Source: a virus
Virus record (IMG/VR): IMGVR_UViG_3300044632_001218
Direction: 5' to 3' (one strand)
Length of the DNA stretch: 64,000 nt
The translations under genes and the position numbers were made by a program. Shown piece by piece: positions 48,772-57,340 of this stretch (position 1 is its first letter; the number at the start of each line of letters is the position of its first letter). Below the pieces are notes generated by a model, which saw only the letters and a list, made by a program, of their open reading frames with translations, was not told where the DNA came from and made no database searches.

Positions 48772-49802
48772 AAATTGGCATAATTACTGATACTCACTTC
48801 AACTTCAAAAAAGGTAGTAAAGTTTTTCATGATTATTTTGAAAAATTTTATAAGGATATTTTTTTCCCCTCTTTGAAAAAATATAAAGTTGATACAGTCA
48901 TTCACATGGGTGACATGTTTGATAATCGTAAATCAACTGATTATTGGAGTATTGATTGGACAAGAAGGGTTATTCTTGAACCACTAAAAAAATATAAGGT
49001 TCATGCAATCTTGGGTAATCATGATATTTTTTATAAGAATACAACAAAACTAAACAGTCCAATGCTTTTGTTGAATGAGTATAAGAACATCAACGTGTAT
49101 CATAAACCATCTACTGTCCAAGTTGGTGAACAAGAGATACTGTTTGTTCCTTGGATAACACCAGATAGTGAGCAGGAGACCCTACAAGCAATTCAAAGCA
49201 CCTCTGCAAAGGTTTGTATGGGTCATTTAGAATTGAGTGGGTTTGAGCATCACAGAGGTCACCTGAATGAAAATGGTCAAGATAAATCAATCTTCAAAAA
49301 GTTTGATAGAGTATTTTCTGGACATTACCACACAAGAAGCGATGATGGTAATATTTTTTACTTAGGAAATCCATATCAAATGTATTGGAATGATTATAAT
49401 GATAAAAGGGGATTTACAATTTTTGATACAGAAACTTATGAAATAATTTCCATAGACAATCCATATGAAATGTTCAAGATGTGTAAGTATGATGAAGATT
49501 GTCTTGAAGAAGATTTTGATTCTTATCAAGGTTGTATTGTAAAATTAATCATAGAAAATAAAACAAATCAAAAGAAATATGAAAATTTCCTAGATAAACT
49601 GATAAAAGTTCAACCAGTAGAACTCAAGATTATTGAACATATAAAACTCAATTCTGATTTTGATTCTGATGAAATTGTTCAAAATGAGGATACATTGACT
49701 CTATTAAAAAAGTATGTTGATGAATCTGAAATTAAGTTAAATAAGAATAAGATTAAAGATTTAATACAATCAATTTATCAGGAGTCGTTTCAGTTGCAAT
49801 AA
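48768..49802 (+). CDS. gp47: Recombination endonuclease subunit gp47 (Mre11/SbcD-like)
   Basis: IITDTHF, HMGDMFDNRK, GNHD and FSGHYH metallophosphoesterase motifs. Confidence 0.95.
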   Translation: MKIGIITDTHFNFKKGSKVFHDYFEKFYKDIFFPSLKKYKVDTVIHMGDMFDNRKSTDYWSIDWTRRVILEPLKKYKVHAILGNHDIFYKNTTKLNSPMLLLNEYKNINVYHKPSTVQVGEQEILFVPWITPDSEQETLQAIQSTSAKVCMGHLELSGFEHHRGHLNENGQDKSIFKKFDRVFSGHYHTRSDDGNIFYLGNPYQMYWNDYNDKRGFTIFDTETYEIISIDNPYEMFKMCKYDEDCLEEDFDSYQGCIVKLIIENKTNQKKYENFLDKLIKVQPVELKIIEHIKLNSDFDSDEIVQNEDTLTLLKKYVDESEIKLNKNKIKDLIQSIYQESFQLQ

Positions 49803-50083
49803 TGTATATTCTAACACTCAAGGATGAAGATACTGAAGGTGCATATGCAGTAGAAGACAAGTATGGAGAAAAGGTTCTCTATTTGTTTGAAGAGGAAGAT
49901 GATGCTATCAGATATTGTAATATGCTAGAAGAACTTGATTATCCTGAACTTGAGGTTACTGAAGTCAATCCACATGTAGCTTTTATGGCTTGTGATAAAA
50001 TGGACTATCAGTATGCTATAATTACTTCCAATGACATTGTGATTCCCCCTGATTATGTTGACATTCAAAACTCTACGATATAA
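49802..50083 (+). CDS. Conserved hypothetical protein between gp47 and gp46
   Basis: EGAYAV....LYLFEEEDDA.RY motif; synteny. Confidence 0.8.
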   Translation: MYILTLKDEDTEGAYAVEDKYGEKVLYLFEEEDDAIRYCNMLEELDYPELEVTEVNPHVAFMACDKMDYQYAIITSNDIVIPPDYVDIQNSTI

Positions 50084-51773
50084 AAACTTTTTATCATCAG
50101 GGAATCAATTTACAGAAATCCTTTTAACTAATTTTAAGTCTACTTTAGTCATAGGAAGTAATGGAGCAGGAAAAAGTACAATGCTTGATGCATTGACTTT
50201 TGTTCTGTTTAATAAACCTTTTAGAAAGATTAGTAAAACGCAACTTATTAATACATCTAACGAAAAAGAGTGTGTTGTTGAAATAGAATTCAGTATTGGA
50301 AAAACTAACTGGAAAATTATTAGGGGGATTAAACCAACAGTTTTTGAAATTTATAAAGGTAAAACATTATTAGACCAAGCATCATCTGCTAATGACCAAC
50401 AAAAATGGTTAGAACAGAATGTATTGAAATTAAACTTCAAATCATTTACACAAATTATTGTTCTTGGTTCTTCAAGTTTTGTTCCATTTATGCAACTATC
50501 TTCTCAACATAGAAGAGAGGTTGTAGAGGATTTGCTTGATATCAAAGTATTTTCTTCAATGAATGATATTGCCAAAATTAAAATTAAGGAGATTAAGGAT
50601 GATATCAAAGAAATTGGATACAAAAAAGATAATATTGAAGATAAAATTGAATCCCAAAAAATGTTTATTGGTGAGATTGAAAAACTCAAAGATAAAGATA
50701 TTCAAGACAAACAAAACAAAATAGAATCCATAGATTCTAATGTGAATGCTATTAGCATTAATAATACTAATATACAAGAAAAAATCAATCAGTTTACTAA
50801 ATCTTTAGAAGAACTGTCTTACTCAGAAGACAAGATAAAGAAACTTGAAAGGTTGAATATTAAATTGGAACAAAAGATAGCATCAGTTATAGATGACCAC
50901 AAGTTTTTTAAGAAGAATAGTGTTTGCCCTACCTGCACGCAAACTATTGAAGAAGATTTTAGATTAAATAAGATTGGGGAGATTGAAAATAAAGCAAAAG
51001 AAATCAAGGATGGACAACACCAACTGAAACAATCTATTGAACAAGAGACTCAAATACAGAGTCAATTTATAAAAATTACTAAAGAGGTATTAGAACTCAA
51101 CAATGAAATCAGTCTTAACAATGTTAAAATTGTTCAATTCCGAAAACAAATTAAAGAACTTGAATCAGAAATTCAAGAACTTACCACACAATCAGAAGAC
51201 AGAAATATTGAAACTACAAAGTTAGAAACTTATCAAGAAACATTAGAAAATCTTTTAACTGAACTTTCAAACAAAAAAGAAGAATTATCTAACTATGAAT
51301 TTATTCATTTGTTATTGAAGGATGATGGCGCAAAGACAAAAATTATTAAAAAATATTTACCATCAATCAATCAGACATTGAATAAGTATTTGGATATTAT
51401 GGAGTTCTCTGTGAACTTTACATTAGATGAAGAGTTTAGCGAAAAAACTTTGAATCCAATTTATGAAGACTTTAGTTATGAATCCTTTAGTGAAGGTGAA
51501 AAAATGAGAATTGATTTGGCAATCCTGTTTACTTGGAGGGAAATTGCCAAACTAAAAAATTCAATCAATACAAATTTACTAATACTTGATGAAGTTTTTG
51601 ATAGCTCATTGGATGAGTATGGAACAGAATATTTTACAAAAATTATTAAGTATATGATAGACAAATCTAATGTATTTGTAATTTCACATAAGACTGATGA
51701 ATTGTTGGATAAATTTGATTCTGTAATTAAGTTTGAAAAACAAAAGGGATTCAGTGTCATGGTTGACTCTTGA
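50055..51773 (+). CDS. gp46: Recombination endonuclease ATPase gp46 (Rad50/SbcC-like)
   Basis: G.NGAGKST, CPTC zinc hook, FSEGEK signature and LILDEVFD motifs. Confidence 0.96.
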   Translation: MLTFKTLRYKNFLSSGNQFTEILLTNFKSTLVIGSNGAGKSTMLDALTFVLFNKPFRKISKTQLINTSNEKECVVEIEFSIGKTNWKIIRGIKPTVFEIYKGKTLLDQASSANDQQKWLEQNVLKLNFKSFTQIIVLGSSSFVPFMQLSSQHRREVVEDLLDIKVFSSMNDIAKIKIKEIKDDIKEIGYKKDNIEDKIESQKMFIGEIEKLKDKDIQDKQNKIESIDSNVNAISINNTNIQEKINQFTKSLEELSYSEDKIKKLERLNIKLEQKIASVIDDHKFFKKNSVCPTCTQTIEEDFRLNKIGEIENKAKEIKDGQHQLKQSIEQETQIQSQFIKITKEVLELNNEISLNNVKIVQFRKQIKELESEIQELTTQSEDRNIETTKLETYQETLENLLTELSNKKEELSNYEFIHLLLKDDGAKTKIIKKYLPSINQTLNKYLDIMEFSVNFTLDEEFSEKTLNPIYEDFSYESFSEGEKMRIDLAILFTWREIAKLKNSINTNLLILDEVFDSSLDEYGTEYFTKIIKYMIDKSNVFVISHKTDELLDKFDSVIKFEKQKGFSVMVDS

Positions 51774-51791
51774 CTCTTTTGATGGTATTAT
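51763..51791 (+). promoter_or_regulatory. Sigma70-type promoter TTGACT-17-TATTAT (extended TG)
   Basis: TTGACT 51763-51768, TATTAT 51786-51791. Confidence 0.6.
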
Positions 51792-51819
51792 AATCTTTGA
51801 TTAGTTTATTATTTTTATT

Positions 51820-52170
51820 ATGTTTGGACCTGAAGATGAACTTAATTATGTAAATGAGGTTTCTATTAAAACACCCTATATGCCTGAATCAAATCATTTT
51901 TGGAAATATAACGAACATAAAATTCTAAAACAATTGGAACAGTATATCGCAAGTACCTATAATCAGCATTATGTAGATAGGACTGGTGGTAGCACTGAAC
52001 AAACACTGGACAAAATCAAGCACAATCGTAGAGAAGGATTTTGTGCTGGTAATGTGACTAAGTACATTGATAGGTATGATAGTAAAGGAACTCCTCGTGC
52101 TGACCTCTTCAAGGTTTTGCATTATACGATTCTTTTAATTAATCATCTTAATCTAGTTGAAAACAAGTGA
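51820..52170 (+). CDS. DUF3310/SaV-like protein (T7 gp1.7-like nucleotide kinase family)
   Basis: Y..HY...EQTLD...GFCAGNV.KY..RY..KG...ADL.K..HY motif. Confidence 0.7.
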   Translation: MFGPEDELNYVNEVSIKTPYMPESNHFWKYNEHKILKQLEQYIASTYNQHYVDRTGGSTEQTLDKIKHNRREGFCAGNVTKYIDRYDSKGTPRADLFKVLHYTILLINHLNLVENK

Positions 52171-52853
52171 AACTGAAACCTCAAATGATGAAACTTTCCC
52201 CTGATACAGTAACCATTCTTAAGAACTTTTCTAATATCAATCAATCTATTTTGATTAGGAAAGGTTCTAAGATTAGCACCATGAGCATTCTTAAAAACAT
52301 TTATGCAGAAGCAAATGTTGGTGAAGACTTTCCCAAAGAAGTTGCTATCTATGACTTAAATGAGTTTTTGAATGGTTTGGGTTTGCATCAAGACCCAGAT
52401 TTAGATTTTGCCAATGATTCTTATATTTCCATTAAAGAGGGTAACAGAAGGGTTAAATATTTTTGTGCTGACCCTGAAGTGATTGTTGCTCCTCCAGATA
52501 AGGAGGTAAATCTTCCTTCTAAGGATGTGTGCTTCCAACTTGAACATTCTCAACTTGATAAACTCCTCAAGGCAGCAGCAGTTTATAAACTCCAAGACCT
52601 TGCTGTAGTTGGTGCAGCAGGAGTTATTAGTCTTGTTGTTAGAGACAAAAACAATGATACTTCTAATGAATATTCAATCATTGTTGGAGAAACTGATAAA
52701 GAGTTTACTTTCAACTTTAAGGTAGAAAATATCAAGATTATTCCAGGATCTTATGATGTTGTGATTTCTAAAGTTCTGCACGCAGAATTTACTAATACCA
52801 AATACAACATGAGATATTTTATTGCACTGGAACCAGATTCAACTTTTGAATAA
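52167..52853 (+). CDS. gp45: Sliding clamp gp45
   Basis: MKLS.DT..ILKNFS.INQSI, IYDLNEFL and YFIALEPDS motifs. Confidence 0.95.
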   Translation: MKLKPQMMKLSPDTVTILKNFSNINQSILIRKGSKISTMSILKNIYAEANVGEDFPKEVAIYDLNEFLNGLGLHQDPDLDFANDSYISIKEGNRRVKYFCADPEVIVAPPDKEVNLPSKDVCFQLEHSQLDKLLKAAAVYKLQDLAVVGAAGVISLVVRDKNNDTSNEYSIIVGETDKEFTFNFKVENIKIIPGSYDVVISKVLHAEFTNTKYNMRYFIALEPDSTFE

Positions 52854-52868
52854 TTTTTTTAATATATT

Positions 52869-53813
52869 ATGAGTAAAGATTTTTTGTGGGTGGAGAAATA
52901 CCGTCCAAAGAAAATTGAAGATTGCGTATTGCCTGATGAAACTAAAAAGACATTTAAGGAGTTTGTAGAAAAAGGAGAGATTCCTAATCTTCTCCTTGCA
53001 GGACCTCCAGGCATTGGTAAAACTACAATTGCAAAAGCATTATGTAATGAACTGGGAGTAGATTTTTATGTCATCAATGGGTCAGATGAAGGGAGATTTT
53101 TGGACACTGTACGGAACCAAGCAAAAAACTTTGCGTCGACCGTATCACTTCAAGCAACTGGTAAACACAAAGTCATCATCATTGATGAAGCAGATAACAC
53201 AGGGAACGACGTACAACTCCTACTACGGGCTAATATTGAGACATTTTATAACAACTGTAGATTCATCTTTACCTGCAACTACAAAAACAAAATCATTGAA
53301 CCACTTCACTCCAGATGTGCAGTCATTGATTTTACAATCAAAGGAAAAGAAAAAACCAAGTTGGCAGGATCCTTCTTCAAGCGTCTACAAAACATCTTGG
53401 ATGAAGAGAGCATCCAATATGATCAAAAAGTCCTTGCAGAACTAGTCAAAAAATATTTCCCAGATTTCAGAAGAGTCCTCAATGAATGTCAAAGACACTC
53501 AGTAGGGGGAAAAATTGACACAGGAATTCTTGCAACCTTCTCAGACATAGCAGTAAATGAACTCATTAAAAACCTTAAGGAAAAGAACTTTGCAGAAGTC
53601 AGAAAGTGGGTGGTCTCCAACTTGGACAACGATAGTTCTGTCCTTCTTCGCAGGGTTTATGACGCCTGTTATAGTTGTCTTTCACCCCAATCTATCCCTG
53701 CTGCCGTTCTTGTTATTGCTAAGTATCAATACCAAAGTGCGTTCGTGGCTGACCAAGAAATTAACATCTTAGCAGCACTTACAGAGTTAATGGTGGAGTG
53801 TAGTTTCAAATGA
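52869..53813 (+). CDS. gp44: Clamp loader large subunit gp44
   Basis: LWVEKYRP, GPPGIGKTT, IIDEAD, HSRC and PDFRR motifs. Confidence 0.96.
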   Translation: MSKDFLWVEKYRPKKIEDCVLPDETKKTFKEFVEKGEIPNLLLAGPPGIGKTTIAKALCNELGVDFYVINGSDEGRFLDTVRNQAKNFASTVSLQATGKHKVIIIDEADNTGNDVQLLLRANIETFYNNCRFIFTCNYKNKIIEPLHSRCAVIDFTIKGKEKTKLAGSFFKRLQNILDEESIQYDQKVLAELVKKYFPDFRRVLNECQRHSVGGKIDTGILATFSDIAVNELIKNLKEKNFAEVRKWVVSNLDNDSSVLLRRVYDACYSCLSPQSIPAAVLVIAKYQYQSAFVADQEINILAALTELMVECSFK

Positions 53814-54637
53814 CACAACTCAAAACTTGCCTTCGTTACCCTGGTGGGAAATCTAGAGCAGTCCCAAAACTGGCACAATATTTTCCAGACCTCAAAAACT
53901 ATGATGAGTTTAGAGAACCTCTTGTAGGTGGAGGAAGTGTTGCACTATACATTACAAAACAATATCCTTTTCTGGATATTTGGGTGAATGACCTTTATGA
54001 ACCTCTGGTAAACTTCTGGCAGCAACTCCAGATGTTTGGAACAGATCTGAAAGATAATCTTAAAGGAATAAAATTAGCAAACGATAAACCAGAATTAGCA
54101 AGGGATCTATTTCTTTATTGTAAGGATAAATTACACGAAGAAGGACGTTCAAATCTTGATCGTGCTGTTGATTTTTATATTATTAATAAGTGTTCTTTTT
54201 CTGGTCTTACAGAGAGTTCATCCTTTTCTGCACAAGCATCAGAAAACAATTTTAGTTTAAGGGGAATTGAAAAACTCCCAGAATACTCAAAATTAATTGA
54301 GCATTGGCGCATAACTAATTATTCTTATGACTACCTTATGGATGGAAACAAAGGTGTTTTTATGTATCTTGATCCTCCTTATGACATTAAGGATAATCTC
54401 TATGGGAACAGAGGTTCAATGCATAAAGGATTTGATCACGATAAGTTTGCTGCTGATTGTGATGTTAACAATGTGGATATGATGGTCAGTTATAATTCAA
54501 GTCAACTTATCAAAGAAAGATTTAAAAACTGGAAGGCAATTGAGTTTTCTCACACATATACAATGAGGTCTGTTGGAGATTATATGAAAGACCAACATGA
54601 ACGAAAAGAATTAGTATTGATTAATTATGAGTTATGA
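53810..54637 (+). CDS. dam: D12-class N6-adenine DNA methyltransferase (Dam-like)
   Basis: LRYPGGKSR, EP.VGGGSV, NDL and YLDPPY motifs. Confidence 0.9.
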   Translation: MTQLKTCLRYPGGKSRAVPKLAQYFPDLKNYDEFREPLVGGGSVALYITKQYPFLDIWVNDLYEPLVNFWQQLQMFGTDLKDNLKGIKLANDKPELARDLFLYCKDKLHEEGRSNLDRAVDFYIINKCSFSGLTESSSFSAQASENNFSLRGIEKLPEYSKLIEHWRITNYSYDYLMDGNKGVFMYLDPPYDIKDNLYGNRGSMHKGFDHDKFAADCDVNNVDMMVSYNSSQLIKERFKNWKAIEFSHTYTMRSVGDYMKDQHERKELVLINYEL

Positions 54638-55013
54638 ATTGAAAGATTGGTTAAATTCAATTAACCAATCCAAAACCAATATTATGGACGAAGACCCCTC
54701 TTCTACAAAGGAATATCCTCCATATATTATTAATAGATGCTTGTCTGGACATATTGATTGTTTGATGTATGCTAATGAAATGAATAAGTATCACTCATTA
54801 GATAAAAAACTCCAATATGACTTTTTTATAAATACTTTGAGACCAAAGAAAAGATTTTCTCCTTGGATTAAAAAAGAAGAAATCAAAGACCTTGAAGTAG
54901 TCAAATCTTACTATAAGTATAGTAATGAAAAAGCAAAACAAGCTTTGAAAATCCTTTCTAAAGAACAAATTAAATTTATTAAATCAAAACTTGAAACTGG
55001 AGGAAGAAAATGA
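54627..55013 (+). CDS. gp62: Clamp loader small subunit gp62
   Basis: LKDWLNSIN, YPPYIINRCLS, LQYDF.IN and KRFSPW motifs. Confidence 0.93.
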   Translation: MSYELKDWLNSINQSKTNIMDEDPSSTKEYPPYIINRCLSGHIDCLMYANEMNKYHSLDKKLQYDFFINTLRPKKRFSPWIKKEEIKDLEVVKSYYKYSNEKAKQALKILSKEQIKFIKSKLETGGRK

Positions 55014-55450
55014 GCGTTGTAAATGAACCTGAAGTGAAATGGTCCCCAGACCAAATGGTAGAAGTATTTCTAAATGAACCTGATGATTTCTTGAAGGTTC
55101 GTGAAACACTTACAAGAATTGGAGTTGCTTCTCGCAAAGAGAGAAAAATTTACCAATCTTGTCACATTCTTCATAAACAGGGTAAATACTATCTTGTTCA
55201 TTTTAAAGAACTGTTTGCCCTTGATGGTAAGCACGCTAATTTGACTGTAAATGATGTGCAGAGAAGGAATAGAATTGCTCAACTTCTTGCAGATTGGGGT
55301 TTAATTACTGTCAAAGATGTTACTAAAATTCAAGACATTGCTCCATTGAATCAAATCAAAGTCTTATCTTACAAAGATAAAGATGAATGGATTCTTGAAA
55401 CCAAGTATAATATTGGTTCTAAAAAGAAAAGAGTAGAGGAAACTGAATAA
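55010..55450 (+). CDS. regA: Translational repressor RegA
   Basis: PDDFLKVRETLTRIGVAS, QSCHILHKQG.YY.VHFKELF.LDG motifs. Confidence 0.97.
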   Translation: MSVVNEPEVKWSPDQMVEVFLNEPDDFLKVRETLTRIGVASRKERKIYQSCHILHKQGKYYLVHFKELFALDGKHANLTVNDVQRRNRIAQLLADWGLITVKDVTKIQDIAPLNQIKVLSYKDKDEWILETKYNIGSKKKRVEETE

Positions 55451-55456
55451 TTTTGT

Positions 55457-55480
55457 GGGGAATTCAACACTCCCTTTTTT
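55457..55480 (+). terminator. Probable terminator after regA (GGGG...TCCC-TTTTTT)
   Basis: Short G/C stem with U-tract. Confidence 0.5.
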
Positions 55481-55559
55481 ATTGTATGTGATATAATTAG
55501 TATTGGATGCCTTAGGGATCCACAAATCACAAACTCGCTTAAAAAAAGGAGCTACCATA

Positions 55560-56000
55560 ATGACTAACCTTGCAACCTCACGGTTTACATCTGCGGATCT
55601 TCCTGCTCTAATGGATAGGATTACTCGCAATAGTATTGGAATGGATGAGTATTTTGATAGATTGTTTAATCTTCATGAAACAACATCAAATTATCCACCC
55701 TATAATCTAATTCAGGTAAATAATGTAGAATCTCATTTAGAGATTGCACTTGCGGGATTCAAAAGGGAGGAAGTAAATGTCTTCACAGAGTATGGAAAAC
55801 TTTTTGTCGAAGGACAAAAATCAGATACTGAATCGGATAGGACGTTTGTCCACAAGGGTTTGGCTCAACGAAGTTTCAAAAGAGCATGGACACTCTCAGA
55901 TGACACAGAGGTCAGAGAAGTCATCTTTGAAGATGGATTACTTGTCATTCGATTAGGAAAGATTGTTCCAGAGCATCATACACGTAAAAATTATCTCTAA
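55560..56000 (+). CDS. hsp20: Small heat-shock protein Hsp20
   Basis: NYPPYN, EIALAGF, HKGLAQRSFKR.WTLSDD and DGLL motifs; AAGGAG SD; TGaTATAAT at 55489-55497. Confidence 0.95.
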   Translation: MTNLATSRFTSADLPALMDRITRNSIGMDEYFDRLFNLHETTSNYPPYNLIQVNNVESHLEIALAGFKREEVNVFTEYGKLFVEGQKSDTESDRTFVHKGLAQRSFKRAWTLSDDTEVREVIFEDGLLVIRLGKIVPEHHTRKNYL

Positions 56001-56025
56001 ATATAATTGAATATCGTTGCCGCTG

Positions 56026-56064
56026 GGGGAAGGATGACTAAGACCATCCACTTCCCCCTTTTTT
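56026..56064 (+). terminator. Terminator after hsp20 (GGGGGAAGGATG...CATCCACTTCCCCC-TTTTTT)
   Basis: Long bulged stem plus U-tract. Confidence 0.8.
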
Positions 56065-56071
56065 ATAAATA
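56064..56071 (+). promoter_or_regulatory. T4 late promoter TATAAATA
   Basis: Exact consensus just after the terminator and upstream of the NTase. Confidence 0.8.
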
Positions 56072-56087
56072 TCAATAAAAGGATTTG

Positions 56088-56816
56088 ATGAAGACATATA
56101 CTGGGTTTTTTAAAGAATCTATATCTTTCCAAATACATAATCAATTAAATCCTACTTTTTGGGATGGTGAAGTTTTGCGTCCTAAAGTTAGATCGCAACT
56201 CAAAAAAATTGCCATGGCTTGGATTGATTATGTTGGTTTAAATAAAAATTCTGTAGAAGATATTTTACTTCTTGGTGGTAATGCAGGATATAACTACACA
56301 AAGTATTCTGATTTGGATTTGCATGTAGTCATTGATATGGATAAAGCACCAGATTGTCCAGATTTGCTTTCTGATTACTTTAAAGATAAAAAACAACTTT
56401 GGACATTAACACATGATATAAAAATCTATGGACATTCTGTAGAACCTTATATTGAAGAAGTTGGAAAGAAAAGAAGAAAAAATCAAGGGGTGTATTCAGT
56501 TAAGAATAACAAATGGATTGTTTTTCCTGGCAAGTTTGATGGTACTGTAGATAGGGACTTGCTAAAAACAAAGGTTTCTGATATGATGAGAAAGATTGAC
56601 AGCGTTATTAAAACCGGAAACAATGTTTCTGTGTTGGAAAATCTTCTGAAAAAAATCAGAGATATGAGAAATGCTGGGTTAGATAAATCTGGCGAGTTTG
56701 CTTTTGAAAATCTTGTATTCAAAGAATTGAGAAATAAAGGATACATAGACAAACTTGCTGATTATATTATAAAATTACAAGATAAATCATTAACTTTAGA
56801 AAATTATGTCTGTTAA
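56088..56816 (+). CDS. Pol-beta-superfamily nucleotidyltransferase
   Basis: ILLLGGNAGYNYTKYSDLDLHVV (hG[GS]x9DxD) and a distal acidic residue in VEPYIE; GEF..ENLVFKELRN.GY tail. Confidence 0.75.
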   Translation: MKTYTGFFKESISFQIHNQLNPTFWDGEVLRPKVRSQLKKIAMAWIDYVGLNKNSVEDILLLGGNAGYNYTKYSDLDLHVVIDMDKAPDCPDLLSDYFKDKKQLWTLTHDIKIYGHSVEPYIEEVGKKRRKNQGVYSVKNNKWIVFPGKFDGTVDRDLLKTKVSDMMRKIDSVIKTGNNVSVLENLLKKIRDMRNAGLDKSGEFAFENLVFKELRNKGYIDKLADYIIKLQDKSLTLENYVC

Positions 56817-57111
56817 ACTTTTGATTCTAAAATCATATGAAGATGTGATTGCTGATGTAAAAGAAATGCTCTCTGGTGATAAGGTTGTAGGATATGTTTT
56901 AAATAATCCATATCTGATTAGACTTGAAGATAACACTGAAGATTTGCCAGCAAGAGTTTCTTTTTATCCTTATGTTCCACTTTCAAAGGATAAAAATATT
57001 CCAATTCCTTGTGATTGGGTAGTGTCTATTGTGGAACCCCTTGATGAAGTAAAAGATTCTTATTTGGAGCGATTGAATGCAAAACCTGAAAATTCTGATT
57101 CTGAAGAATGA
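56806..57111 (+). CDS. Conserved hypothetical protein upstream of gp43
   Basis: VKLLILKSYEDVIADVKE...NPY...FYPYVP motif. Confidence 0.8.
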   Translation: MSVKLLILKSYEDVIADVKEMLSGDKVVGYVLNNPYLIRLEDNTEDLPARVSFYPYVPLSKDKNIPIPCDWVVSIVEPLDEVKDSYLERLNAKPENSDSEE

Positions 57112-57340
57112 TACAATTCTAATTACTGAAGTTCATGAAATAGAAACTGAACTTGGTGGACCAGATTGTAAATTAGTAAATCCTTGTCAGATGATTGTTT
57201 CTGATGAAGCAGTATATGATATGAGGAAGTGGCCAGTCTTTACTGACCAAAAAGAACTAATGATTCATTCTGATTCTATCTTTACTATTGTAGACCCTAA
57301 ACCTGACCAAATTGAACTTTATTTGAAGACTATTAAATGA
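57077..57340 (+). CDS. Conserved hypothetical protein, likely distant paralog of the preceding gene
   Basis: LKILILK....LI.E......GPDCKL.NP...WP motif. Confidence 0.8.
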   Translation: MQNLKILILKNDTILITEVHEIETELGGPDCKLVNPCQMIVSDEAVYDMRKWPVFTDQKELMIHSDSIFTIVDPKPDQIELYLKTIK

